A stretch of DNA of 64,000 bases from Patescibacteria group bacterium (GTDB lineage: Bacteria; Patescibacteriota; Patescibacteriia; Patescibacteriales; GWC2-42-12): contig JBAZRI010000002.1 of NCBI GenBank assembly GCA_041662965.1, positions 46,062-110,061 on the forward strand, given 5' to 3'. This document shows, piece by piece, positions 27,671 through 38,395 of this stretch (position 1 is the first letter of the stretch; each line of letters starts with the position of its first letter). Under the pieces are notes generated by a model that was not told the origin of the DNA, did not search any database, and saw nothing but the letters and a program-made list of their open reading frames with translations. The position numbers were made by a program, and so were the translations under genes.

Positions 27671-29929
27671 ATGAACGAACAAACATTCAGTTGCGACTGG
27701 CTTGGCCGCACTCTCACTATTAAAACTGGCAAATTGGCCAGACAAGCTGACGCCGCCGTGACCGTGCAATACGGCGATACGTCTGTTTTAGCGACCGTTG
27801 TGGAGGCTAAAACCGAACGGGAAGGCATTGATTTTTTCCCGCTGATGGTTGAATTTGAAGAAAAACTCTACGCCGCCGGCATTATTAAAGGCTCGCGCTG
27901 GATTAAGCGCGAAGGCCGTCCGTCCGACGAAGCGGTTTTAACCGGGCGCATGATTGACCGCTCTATCAGGCCGCTCTTCGGCGCTGATTCAAAAAAAGAC
28001 GTGCAGGTGATGATTACGGTTTTATCCGCCGACGGGAAAAACGATTATGACATCGTTTCCTTAGTCGCGGCTTCAGCCGCTTTGTCCATCGCCGGCTTAA
28101 ACTGGCACGGGCCGATCGCCGGGGTTAGAGTCGGGCGAGTTGAAGGCCAATATATTTTTAACCCGACTTACGAGGAAAGAATAATCAGCGATATGGATCT
28201 AATCGTGGCCGGCACCGGCGCCAAAGTCATTATGATTGAAGCCGAGGGCAAAGAAATAACAGAAAGCGATATGATAGAGGCGATTAATGTCGGGCAAAAA
28301 AATCTGCAAGCTGCCATTGATTTAATAAAGGAAGTGAAAAAAAATGTCGCGGTAACGAAAAAACCGGCCGCTAAAAAATTAGTCGGCTCGGACGAAATCG
28401 CCGCGGCCGAAGAAATGGAAAAAATCTTTGCTACCGCTAAAGCTTGGCTTGATGAAAATATCGCTAAAATTTTATTTGATAAAACTCATTATACCAAAGG
28501 CGAAAGAAAATCGGCCGTAGCCGCGATTAAAGAAGGCTTGGACCAATATTTATTTGATCAAAATATCAGTAAAGACAAGCGCGCGGCCGCCATCGGCCAT
28601 TTAGTTGACGAGATGGTTGAGACTGAAGTCACCCGCGCGATCCTTAAAGACAAAAAAAGAGTTGACGGCCGGAAACTTGACGAAATCAGAAATTTATCCG
28701 CCGAAGTCAGCGTATTGCCGCGCATCCACGGCTCCGGCTTATTCAACCGCGGCGAAACCCAAGTTTTATCCATCGTTACTTTAGGCGCTCCCGGCATGGA
28801 ACAATCTCTAGAAGGCCTGGAAGGCGTTGGCACTAAACGCTATATGCATCATTATAACTTCGCCCCATTCTCGGTCGGCGAAGCCAGGCCGATAAGATCA
28901 ACCGGACGAAGAGAAATCGGGCATGGCGCTTTAGCGGAAAAAGCTTTAGTGCCGGTTTTGCCGACCAAAGAAGAATTCCCTTATACTATCCGCGTAGTCT
29001 CGGAAACTTTGGGCTCAAACGGCTCGTCTTCTATGGCCGCGACCTGCGGTTCAAGTTTGGCTTTAATGGACGCGGGCGTGCCGATTAAAAAAACCGTGGC
29101 CGGTATTGCCATGGGACTAGCCTCTAACGAAGATATGAGCCAATGGGAAATTTTAACCGATATCCAGGACTTAGAAGACGGCGCCGGCGGTATGGACTTT
29201 AAAATCACCGGCACGGCCGACGGCATAACCGCTATTCAATTAGACACAAAAACCAACGGCTTAACCGAAGAAATGATTACCAAAACCATTACCCAATCAA
29301 AAAAAGCCAGACTGGAAGTTCTCTCGGCCATGAATAAAGCCATTGATAAGCCAAGGGCTGATTTATCGCCTTACGCTCCGCGCATTACCAGTTTTCATAT
29401 TGAACCGGATCGCATCAGGGAAGTTATCGGCACCGGCGGCAAAGTCATTAACGAAATCATTGCCGCGACCGGCGTTTCGATTGATATAGACGATGACGGA
29501 TTGGTTATGGTCTGCGGCACTGACGCGGCCAAAGTAATTGAAGCCGTAGACTGGATTAAAAATATCGTGCGCGACTTTGAGCCGGGCGAAATTTTTAAAG
29601 GCAAAGTCGTCCGCTTAATGGATTTCGGCGCTTTTATTTCATTAACTCCGAGCAAAGACGGCATGGCGCACGTTTCCGAACTTGCTCCGTACCGAGTCGG
29701 CCGACCGGCTGATTTCATAAACATCGGCGACGAGGTAACGGTTAAAATTATTGAAATAGACGACATGGGTCGAATCAATCTAAGCTTAAAAGACCTGCCG
29801 GAAAACGAGCATCTTTGGAAAGACGGCAAAGGCAAACAAGAAATGGGAGCTTTCGGCAATGGCGGGCGTCCATCCTTCGGCGGCGGTGATCGCGGGAGCA
29901 GAGGCGGCAGAAACAGAGACAGATATTAA
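27671..29929 (+). CDS. pnp: Polyribonucleotide nucleotidyltransferase
   Basis: FFPLMV, RREIGHGALAE, SNGSSSMA, KH and S1 domains. Confidence 0.97.
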   Translation: MNEQTFSCDWLGRTLTIKTGKLARQADAAVTVQYGDTSVLATVVEAKTEREGIDFFPLMVEFEEKLYAAGIIKGSRWIKREGRPSDEAVLTGRMIDRSIRPLFGADSKKDVQVMITVLSADGKNDYDIVSLVAASAALSIAGLNWHGPIAGVRVGRVEGQYIFNPTYEERIISDMDLIVAGTGAKVIMIEAEGKEITESDMIEAINVGQKNLQAAIDLIKEVKKNVAVTKKPAAKKLVGSDEIAAAEEMEKIFATAKAWLDENIAKILFDKTHYTKGERKSAVAAIKEGLDQYLFDQNISKDKRAAAIGHLVDEMVETEVTRAILKDKKRVDGRKLDEIRNLSAEVSVLPRIHGSGLFNRGETQVLSIVTLGAPGMEQSLEGLEGVGTKRYMHHYNFAPFSVGEARPIRSTGRREIGHGALAEKALVPVLPTKEEFPYTIRVVSETLGSNGSSSMAATCGSSLALMDAGVPIKKTVAGIAMGLASNEDMSQWEILTDIQDLEDGAGGMDFKITGTADGITAIQLDTKTNGLTEEMITKTITQSKKARLEVLSAMNKAIDKPRADLSPYAPRITSFHIEPDRIREVIGTGGKVINEIIAATGVSIDIDDDGLVMVCGTDAAKVIEAVDWIKNIVRDFEPGEIFKGKVVRLMDFGAFISLTPSKDGMAHVSELAPYRVGRPADFINIGDEVTVKIIEIDDMGRINLSLKDLPENEHLWKDGKGKQEMGAFGNGGRPSFGGGDRGSRGGRNRDRY

Positions 29930-29944
29930 TTTGCCGCCCCATAC

Positions 29945-30022
29945 CGTCATTCCTGCGTAGGCAGGAATCCAGAAGTATTTGTCATTGCGAGCGAGCCCGT
30001 ACTCGGGCGACGAAGCAATCTC
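29945..30022 (+). repeat. Two tandem GTCAT REP-like palindromes (family B)
   Basis: CGTCATTCCTGCGTAGGCAGGAATCCAG and TGTCATTGCGAGCGAGCCCGTACTCGGGCGACGAAGCAATCTC. Confidence 0.85.
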
Positions 30023-30134
30023 TAAATTCCTTCACATAAAAAACACTCCTTTAAAAAGGGGTGTTTTTGTTTGCTGTCTTTGCCACAATAGACTAGACAT
30101 ACTATAATAGAATTATAATTATAAGCGATAAAAT

Positions 30135-31049
30135 ATGTTAAAATCCGAAATACGCAAAGACTATTTATTAGATAAATATGTCATCATTACGCCCGGCCGC
30201 GCCAAGCGCCCGCGCGATATTAGGGAGCAGACCATTATTTCCCGCGTTTCCGATTGCCCGTTTTGCCCGGAAAAAATAGACAAAAAAAATATTGTTGATG
30301 AAATTAACGGCCCGGAAGGCAGAATATTAAGCGTCAAAAATATCTTTCCGGCCGTGACGCTGGACAATAAAAAAGCTTACGGAGCGCAAGAAGTAGTGAT
30401 TGAAACCCCTGATCATGAAAAAGAACTCCATGATTTAAGCGAGGCGCAGATTGAGCAGCTTTTAAGAATGTACGCTAAGCGCACCGCGGCTTTATGCAAT
30501 ATAAAAAACATTGAATATGTTTTATGCTTTAAAAACCAAGGCTCAAAAGCCGGCGCTTCCATCGTGCACGCCCATTCCCAGATTTTCGCCACCGATATCA
30601 TGCCCTCGGAAATTAAAGAAGAATTAAAATTATCTCATGAATACCAGCTCAACCATAAAACCTGCCCTTACTGCGACGTTATAAAAAAGGAAATGAAATC
30701 GCCCAGAAAAATTTACGAAGATAAATATATCGCCGCCTTCGCGCCTTACGCCAGCCAATACCATTATGAAAGCTGGATTTTCACCAAGCGCCATTTAGAC
30801 AACATAACCAAACTGAATGACGGCGAATTTAAATCATTCGCCAAATCATTAAAAAAAATCTTGATAAAATTAAGCGAACTAGATTTATCTTTTAATTATT
30901 TCCTGCATCAGTCTGTTTCCGAAAAAGAACAGCATTTTTATTTAAAAATCCAGCCGCGCGACAGCGTCTGGGCCGGCATTGAGCTTGGCTCCGGGCTTAT
31001 AATAAACTCCGTAGAACCCGAAGAAGCGGCTGAATTTTTCAGGAAATAA
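30135..31049 (+). CDS. galT: Galactose-1-phosphate uridylyltransferase (GalT/HIT family)
   Basis: RAKRP, CPFCP, GASIVHAHSQ. Confidence 0.85.
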   Translation: MLKSEIRKDYLLDKYVIITPGRAKRPRDIREQTIISRVSDCPFCPEKIDKKNIVDEINGPEGRILSVKNIFPAVTLDNKKAYGAQEVVIETPDHEKELHDLSEAQIEQLLRMYAKRTAALCNIKNIEYVLCFKNQGSKAGASIVHAHSQIFATDIMPSEIKEELKLSHEYQLNHKTCPYCDVIKKEMKSPRKIYEDKYIAAFAPYASQYHYESWIFTKRHLDNITKLNDGEFKSFAKSLKKILIKLSELDLSFNYFLHQSVSEKEQHFYLKIQPRDSVWAGIELGSGLIINSVEPEEAAEFFRK

Positions 31050-31218
31050 GTTTATCCCTTCGCCTATTTATAGGCGTGCGGGGGGCATAGCTTGTTTAAA
31101 ACCTGTGCATTATATTATCCATGCCGGCTTAAGTAATTTTTTCAGATTAATTTAATACTCTAAAATTAGCCAAAAATATTATAAAATTTAATAATATTAA
31201 ATAAAAAGGCCTTAGCCC

Positions 31219-31247
31219 TTGACATTTATAAAGATTTTCTTTAATAT
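31219..31247 (+). promoter_or_regulatory. Sigma70 promoter, likely for the 16S unit
   Basis: TTGACA-17-TAATAT. Confidence 0.6.
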
Positions 31248-31699
31248 TACAATACAATATAAATTTATTCATAAATGAAAAATTAACTGAATAAATAACA
31301 GGCACAACTTGAAAACACATGAAGAAAAAAACAGTGATAGTTGCTTGGGCAAATATCCCTGTTTTTTTCTTTCGCTAAAAGCAAAAGACGCAACTTAACA
31401 ATTAAATCTACTCTGTGGAACAATTTCGATCAGAGGTTTCGAAATTGCGATAAGCAGCATTAATATTTCCACAAGAGTAAGGCTCTGAAAATTCGCCCCC
31501 CGGCGAATAGATAAAGAGCAAATTTCAATACTAACAGGCGCTAATTCTAACTTTTCTCCGGTTTTTTATTAAACCGGGGAAGAATAAATCTGGAGATTAA
31601 TTTCTTCAAATATTTCAATATTTATCTTCGTAAGAAATATATATTGAACATGGCTAAATCCATGTAAAAAAAGTTAAGCAGGAGCAACCTGAATAAAAA

Positions 31700-33187
<1,488 letters not shown>

Positions 33188-33255
33188 TCTAGGGAGATTT
33201 TTTGGTGAACAATCAAAAGAGTCGAAGAGTTAGCGCCTGTTAGTGTTGAAAATCA

Positions 33256-33329
33256 CGTAGCTCATAACTCGTAACTCACAACTCAAATAATTTATTAATT
33301 GAGTTACGGGTTATGGGTTACGAGTTGCG
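33256..33329. repeat. Inverted heptamer tandem repeat hairpin
   Basis: (ACTCRTA/ACTCACA)n...(GRGTTAY)n. Confidence 0.8.
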
Positions 33330-33440
33330 AGAAAATAAACAAATAGTTTTATGGGCCTATTTGTCCCCCTTCGCTTAAGCTACGGAGGATAAATCATAAA
33401 AAGACTGGTCCTAAACTATTTAGAAGCAGTTTTTTTATTG

Positions 33441-33514
33441 GGGCAACTAGCTCAGTTGGTTAGAGCGCGACACTGATAATGTCGAGGTCGGAGGTTCAAC
33501 TCCTCCGTTGCCCA
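33441..33514 (+). tRNA. tRNA-Ile(GAT)
   Basis: GGGCAAC/GTTGCCC, anticodon arm CGACA-CTGATAA-TGTCG. Confidence 0.95.
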
Positions 33515-33838
33515 CCCTCCTTCGCTGAAGCTACGGAGGACAAGCCATTAGAGGATTGTCTATGTATTATATTTATATTTTATTTTGCTCAGACGAAACC
33601 TATTATGTTGGATTAACTGAGAATATTAAAAAAAGAATAATACAACATAAAAACAGTTTAGTTGATTATACAAAATATAGATTACTAATTAAAGTTATTT
33701 GGATTGGAATATTTAAAAATAAAAAGATTGCCGCAAACTTTGAAAAATATCTAAAAACCGGATCTGGTAATGCATTCTTTAAAAAAAGATTAGTTTAATT
33801 CGCTAAGCTTGCGATACGAAGCTTTAGCGTAGTATCGC
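33515..33838 (+). mobile_element. Putative GIY-YIG element bounded by inverted family A hairpins, between tRNA-Ile and tRNA-fMet
   Basis: Left hairpin 33515-33546 (...CAAGCC), right hairpin 33807-33838 (AGCTTG...), nuclease between them. Confidence 0.6.
33562..33798 (+). CDS. Small GIY-YIG nuclease
   Basis: YYIYIL...TYYVGLT...KRIIQH...FEKYLKTGSG. Confidence 0.9.
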   Translation: MYYIYILFCSDETYYVGLTENIKKRIIQHKNSLVDYTKYRLLIKVIWIGIFKNKKIAANFEKYLKTGSGNAFFKKRLV

Positions 33839-33908
33839 GGGGTAGAGCAGTTGGCAGCTCGCCAGGCCCATAACCTGGAGGTCGTGGGTTCAAATCCCAC
33901 CCCCGCAA
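33836..33908 (+). tRNA. Initiator tRNA-fMet(CAT)
   Basis: C1:A72 mismatch, A11-U24, CAT anticodon; A29-U41 and C33 variants. Confidence 0.92.
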
Positions 33909-33925
33909 CATAGAAAGTTAATTGA

Positions 33926-33997
33926 GCCTCGGTAGCTCAGTGGTAGAGCAAATGACTGAAAATCATTGTGTCGTCAGTTCGATTCTGACCCGGGGCA
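33926..33997 (+). tRNA. tRNA-Phe(GAA)
   Basis: AATGA-CTGAAAA-TCATT anticodon arm. Confidence 0.95.
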
Positions 33998-34017
33998 CTA
34001 GAAACAATAATTGAACT

Positions 34018-34088
34018 CGGGCTGTCGTATACCGGTAGTACGCATGCTTTGGGAGCATGTCGACTGGGTTCAATTCCCAGCAGCCCGA
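34018..34088 (+). tRNA. tRNA-Pro(TGG)
   Basis: CGGGCTG/CAGCCCG, CATGC-TTTGGGA-GCATG. Confidence 0.95.
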
Positions 34089-34177
34089 CCCTCTTTCGCT
34101 AAAGCTTCAGAGGGCAAGCCGCAACAATAAGCGGGCTTGCCCGCCGTAGCTTTTGCGGTAGCAAAAGCGTAGGCGGG
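34089..34177. repeat. Inverted pair of family A hairpins with no gene (non-autonomous form)
   Basis: CCCTCTTTCGCTAAAGCTTCAGAGGGCAAGCC - short spacer - GGCTTGCCCGCCGTAGC...GCGTAGGCGGG. Confidence 0.8.
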
Positions 34178-34247
34178 TATCGTATAGTGGCTTTTATGCT
34201 AGCCTTCCAAGCTGGAGAGACGGGTTCGATTCCCGTTACCCGCTCCA
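34173..34247 (+). tRNA. tRNA-Gly(TCC)
   Basis: GCGGGTA/TACCCGC-T-CCA, CTAGC-CTTCCAA-GCTGG. Confidence 0.95.
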
Positions 34248-34345
34248 AACTTATCCGCCTCGGGTGGATTGACAAAAAACCATTACTGGGCTAATATCCA
34301 TCAATAACCGTCATTGTTATAAATTAATTAATAAGCAACAAAAAC

Positions 34346-34723
34346 ATGTTAACTATCAGACTATCAAGAGTAGGCAAAAAGAATATGCCGCTATACCGCG
34401 TCATCATCTCGGAGAAGCAAAAAGATCTTTATGGCAGCTCTTTAGAAATTTTAGGCTCTTACAATCCACACACCAAAGAGCTAAAAATTGACGCCGAAAA
34501 AACCAAACATTGGATTTCTAAAGGCGCCGGCATGTCAAACACTGTCAACAATTTATTAATTGAGAAAAAAATTATTGAAGGCAAAAAGGTAAAAGCTTCA
34601 AAAGATCGAAAGCCTAAAAAAGCCCCGGCTCCGGCTAAAACTGCCGCCGAACCGGCTATGGAAGAAGCTGCTCCAACCCCAGCCCCAGCCGAAGAGCCAA
34701 AAACCGAACAACCTGCCGCCTAA
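34346..34723 (+). CDS. rpsP: 30S ribosomal protein S16 (Pro/Ala-rich tail)
   Basis: MLTIRLSRVGKKNMPLYR...LGSYNP...KGA. Confidence 0.96.
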   Translation: MLTIRLSRVGKKNMPLYRVIISEKQKDLYGSSLEILGSYNPHTKELKIDAEKTKHWISKGAGMSNTVNNLLIEKKIIEGKKVKASKDRKPKKAPAPAKTAAEPAMEEAAPTPAPAEEPKTEQPAA

Positions 34724-34743
34724 AACTGGCTTTGCCCGGCATA

Positions 34744-34771
34744 TTGACAAATATTTAATTTATGTTATAAT
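34744..34771 (+). promoter_or_regulatory. Sigma70 promoter for khpA-trmD
   Basis: TTGACA-16-(TG)TATAAT. Confidence 0.65.
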
Positions 34772-34881
34772 AACATAATCCCAATAAATTTGGGTCTAAT
34801 TATTAAGAGATCTTTCAATTCTGACTGAAAATATTTACAGGGGCTAACCCTTAAAGTCAGCTTTGCAAGAAAAAGAAAACT

Positions 34882-35211
34882 ATGGCTGCTCAACCAACCG
34901 ATAAAGAATTCTTGGAGTTCATCGCCAAGTCAGTTGTCTCTAACCCTGATGCAATATCAGTGGAAAGAACAGTAGACGAAATGGGAGTTTTGTTAACGCT
35001 TAAAACCGATCCGGCCGACATGGGCTACATTATTGGCCGAAAAGGTCAGACCGCTCAAGCCATCCGAACTTTATTAAAGATCGTTGGCGCTAAAAACAAT
35101 GCTCGCGTTAATTTAAAAATCTATGAACCGGAAGGTTCAAGACGACCGGCCAGAACTGAAAATGAAAGCGCCGGCATTGACACTTCATCTGTTGATGATT
35201 TAAAAATCTAA
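34882..35211 (+). CDS. khpA: KH-domain RNA-binding protein
   Basis: DMGYIIGRKGQTAQAIRTLL; sits between rpsP and trmD. Confidence 0.88.
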   Translation: MAAQPTDKEFLEFIAKSVVSNPDAISVERTVDEMGVLLTLKTDPADMGYIIGRKGQTAQAIRTLLKIVGAKNNARVNLKIYEPEGSRRPARTENESAGIDTSSVDDLKI

Positions 35212-35277
35212 CATCAAACTTAGATATATAAGCAAAAAACCACACACCGTTGTGGTTTTTTGTTATAATAAAAGTAT

Positions 35278-35319
35278 TGTCATTGCGAGAAGCCTGTAAT
35301 CAGGCGACGAAGCAATCTC
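35278..35319 (+). repeat. GTCAT REP-like palindrome (family B)
   Basis: TGTCATTGCGAGAAGCCTGTAATCAGGCGACGAAGCAATCTC. Confidence 0.85.
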
Positions 35320-35357
35320 ACGAATTATTATAATAATCTAAAGATAGCTACACATCT

Positions 35358-36065
35358 ATGACTTTCCACATCATCACCATCTTCCCCCATATCTTTAACT
35401 CTTATTTCAACGAGAGCATTCTTAAGCGCGCACAAACCAATAAATTGATAAACATAAAAATCCATAACTTGCGCGATTGGACGACTGATAAGCATAAAAC
35501 CGTAGACGATACGCCGTTCGGCGGCGGCGCCGGCATGGTTATGAAAATTGAACCGCTATATAAGGCAGTAGAAAGTATAAAGTATCAAGTAGCTAAGAAT
35601 AATAAAAAATTCCTTAATACTAAATACTTGATACATGATACTAGGACCATTTTGTTTTCCGCCAAAGGTAAAACTTGGAATCAGAAATTAGCTAAATCGC
35701 ACGCCAAATTAGATAATATCATTCTCATCTGCGGCCGCTACGAAGGCGTTGACGAAAGAATCACTAAATTTATTGATGAAGAAATTTCCATCGGCGACTA
35801 TGTTTTAACCGGTGGCGAAATTGGCGCTATGGCCATAGTGGATTCTATTACTCGCCTACTGCCTGGCGCCTTAGGCAACGCGGACAGCACTAAATTTGAA
35901 TCGCACACTATTCCCGGCATCCTAGAACACCCGCAATACACTCGGCCGGAAATTTTCATCGCTAACGGCAAAAAATTTCGCGTACCAAAAGTCCTCCTCT
36001 CCGGCAACCATAAAAAAATAGCCGACTGGCGCGCCAAAAAATCCAAACATATTCGCCCCCTTTAA
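35358..36065 (+). CDS. trmD: tRNA (guanine-N1)-methyltransferase
   Basis: VDDTPFGGGAGMV, CGRYEGVDER, SIGDYVLTGGE, PQYTRP. Confidence 0.97.
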   Translation: MTFHIITIFPHIFNSYFNESILKRAQTNKLINIKIHNLRDWTTDKHKTVDDTPFGGGAGMVMKIEPLYKAVESIKYQVAKNNKKFLNTKYLIHDTRTILFSAKGKTWNQKLAKSHAKLDNIILICGRYEGVDERITKFIDEEISIGDYVLTGGEIGAMAIVDSITRLLPGALGNADSTKFESHTIPGILEHPQYTRPEIFIANGKKFRVPKVLLSGNHKKIADWRAKKSKHIRPL

Positions 36066-36234
36066 CAAATTTATCCGCCTCTGGCGGAGGGGGCAGGGGG
36101 GATTTTACTTTTGTCATTCCCACTACTTTTTTGTCATTGCGGGCTTGATCCGGGATCCATTTCCTTTTCACCTGTCATTGAGAGAAGCCCGTACTCGGGC
36201 GACCTGCCGGCCGGCAGGCAGGCGAAGCAATCTC
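36055..36234 (+). repeat. Cluster of nested palindromic repeats (families G, B, F and ATCCGCCTCTGGCGGA)
   Basis: Family G copy with inserted TTTATCCGCCTCTGGCGGA; three GTCAT heads; family F 20-mer at 36203-36222. Confidence 0.8.
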
Positions 36235-36595
36235 ACGAATAACTATTAACAAGTAAAGCTAATTAACTGCGAATATTCTTCTTACCTCAAAAAGACTAAA
36301 ATATTCTTCTTATATTTTACCTAATTTTAGCCATAAAAAGTCAACAATATACCAATTTTTGGTATTATGGTTGACTTTTTTTTGATTTTATGCTATTATA
36401 TAATATTCTAGTCGTACCTTTTTCTCTCACTTTTAGTCATATTCAGCATTATCATTCCCGCATAAGCGCGAATTCAGAAAAGCTTTAATTTAAAGAAAGA
36501 GCCTAAATGCCTTACGGCCAAAAGCGAGAGAAAAAAGGTTCGACTTAGTCGGACTTTAACAATTTGAAAAAACAATAAACATATAGGAGGTAAAA

Positions 36596-38287
36596 ATGGA
36601 CATTAAATCAATTCTTAGCGAATTTGGCACGGCTTTATTGGCTGACGTTTTCAGTATTAAAATGTTGACCAAACTGTTAGCGAAAGGAGCAAGCAGACAA
36701 GAAGGGTCTGCTGCTACTGCCACTACTGCTTCTACCGCCACTGCTCCCGGAACTGATGAAATTAAATTTGGCGGCATTTTTGATTTATCCGAGGAAACAG
36801 CTTATTTAAGTCTAATGGCAAAAATGGAATCTGATCCTCAATTAAAAAATGCGGCAATTAAAATTTCTAGTTTCGTTAATGGCAACAATTTTCAAAACCA
36901 TGGCCAACGGCGAAGGTTTAGGGTCGTGGTGGGCAAACTCGCCAATATTGAGTATATCAAAGAAGATTTAGTCACAGAAAAACAAATTCCAAACCCTAAG
37001 GGCGGTAAACCGGTTATTGAAAAAACAACCAAACAGACAAAAAGTAACCTCGGGTTGGAATTTCTTAAGAGTTTTTCTCGATTAAGTGAAGAGGAGATGC
37101 TGGAAATTTGCAAAGCTTCTGGCATTATGGAATCGACAATGGATAATATCGGCGAAGGCTTAAGCCACGCCGGCGAGGAAATCTCCAAAATCGCAAAAAA
37201 AATTGAAAGTAGCCAAATTGCTCAAGATATAATGGCTGGTTCTGCAAAAAAAATGAGGGAGAGAATCCAAACACTCGAAGAATCTCCATACCCGCCTACT
37301 GAAGGTGAATGCGAAGAAAAAAAGATGACCATCTCGGTATTCCTAACTTTAACATTTGAATGGCTATCGGCTGAATATAAAACCGGCGACCTGAATGATG
37401 CTCTTGAAAAGGTAAAAAACATTATAAATATAACCAAGCAAAAAGCACAACAATGGTGGATCTGGGCGAAGCGTTTGGCCATCTGGGGAACGATCATTTC
37501 ATTTGTTATTTTCTTGGCTGGTATATTCATCGGAGGATTTACACAATTGGGATGGCCGAATTCAGTAGTTGGTTTGTTAATCGCCCCGATACTTTTTGCC
37601 ATTTTGGTGTGGTGGACCCCGCTAGTCGCAATTATAGCGGTAATATACGAAATTACCCACTTAAGAATTAAGGGGGCAACGAATGTAGGAATCACTCAAG
37701 CAAAATGGTGGCTGAATTTCGTCTGCGGAGTTCTGCTTTGGCAAGTAATCATCTCATTGGCTTTTACTTTTATCCCCTACTGGAATGCGATTTCGCGTAT
37801 CCCGGTGATGATCCTGCTTGCTCTTGGAATGGCTCTAATGAGTCTCCGGTGGGGAGGTATAACCTGGTATAGGTCAATCATCAAAACTTTGGTAGCGCTA
37901 ATGTTTATTCTCCAAGTAACGGTGTGTTTCTTACCAGCAACTGCCACTGCTATACACTCGCTATTAGGGAAAACCGATAGCTTAATAGCAACATGGTTGA
38001 CTACTGGAGCATGGATTGATAATTCTAATGATCGTGAAATTAAAAAAATGTCGGGGGGCCTTTGGATTGTCAGTTTCAAAAACGCTGACCCCATAGAGTT
38101 AGATATTCCTCTAAATTCACGATTCCTCATCTCCGCTTCGGAGGCTATAAATCTTCAGTGGCCAGTTATGGGCAACCCAGGCGAATTCTGTACGGTTCCT
38201 TTGAACACCGAAATCACTAACAAAATTTTTGCCAAAGTCACCCTGAAGGGTGAAGCAGGCAAAACAATCACAGTTAAACTGCTGTAA
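36596..38287 (+). CDS. Hypothetical polytopic membrane protein
   Basis: 563-aa ORF, strong SD AGGAGG, ~6 TM helices in the central-to-C-terminal part. Confidence 0.7.
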   Translation: MDIKSILSEFGTALLADVFSIKMLTKLLAKGASRQEGSAATATTASTATAPGTDEIKFGGIFDLSEETAYLSLMAKMESDPQLKNAAIKISSFVNGNNFQNHGQRRRFRVVVGKLANIEYIKEDLVTEKQIPNPKGGKPVIEKTTKQTKSNLGLEFLKSFSRLSEEEMLEICKASGIMESTMDNIGEGLSHAGEEISKIAKKIESSQIAQDIMAGSAKKMRERIQTLEESPYPPTEGECEEKKMTISVFLTLTFEWLSAEYKTGDLNDALEKVKNIINITKQKAQQWWIWAKRLAIWGTIISFVIFLAGIFIGGFTQLGWPNSVVGLLIAPILFAILVWWTPLVAIIAVIYEITHLRIKGATNVGITQAKWWLNFVCGVLLWQVIISLAFTFIPYWNAISRIPVMILLALGMALMSLRWGGITWYRSIIKTLVALMFILQVTVCFLPATATAIHSLLGKTDSLIATWLTTGAWIDNSNDREIKKMSGGLWIVSFKNADPIELDIPLNSRFLISASEAINLQWPVMGNPGEFCTVPLNTEITNKIFAKVTLKGEAGKTITVKLL

Positions 38288-38395
38288 AGGAGGAAAGCAG
38301 TTTAACTTACGAGGGCTATGAACTTTTTTGTTCACCCTCGTTTTATTTTGCTTAAAATAGAAAAAATGGTATTATATTAATATAATATTTAATAA

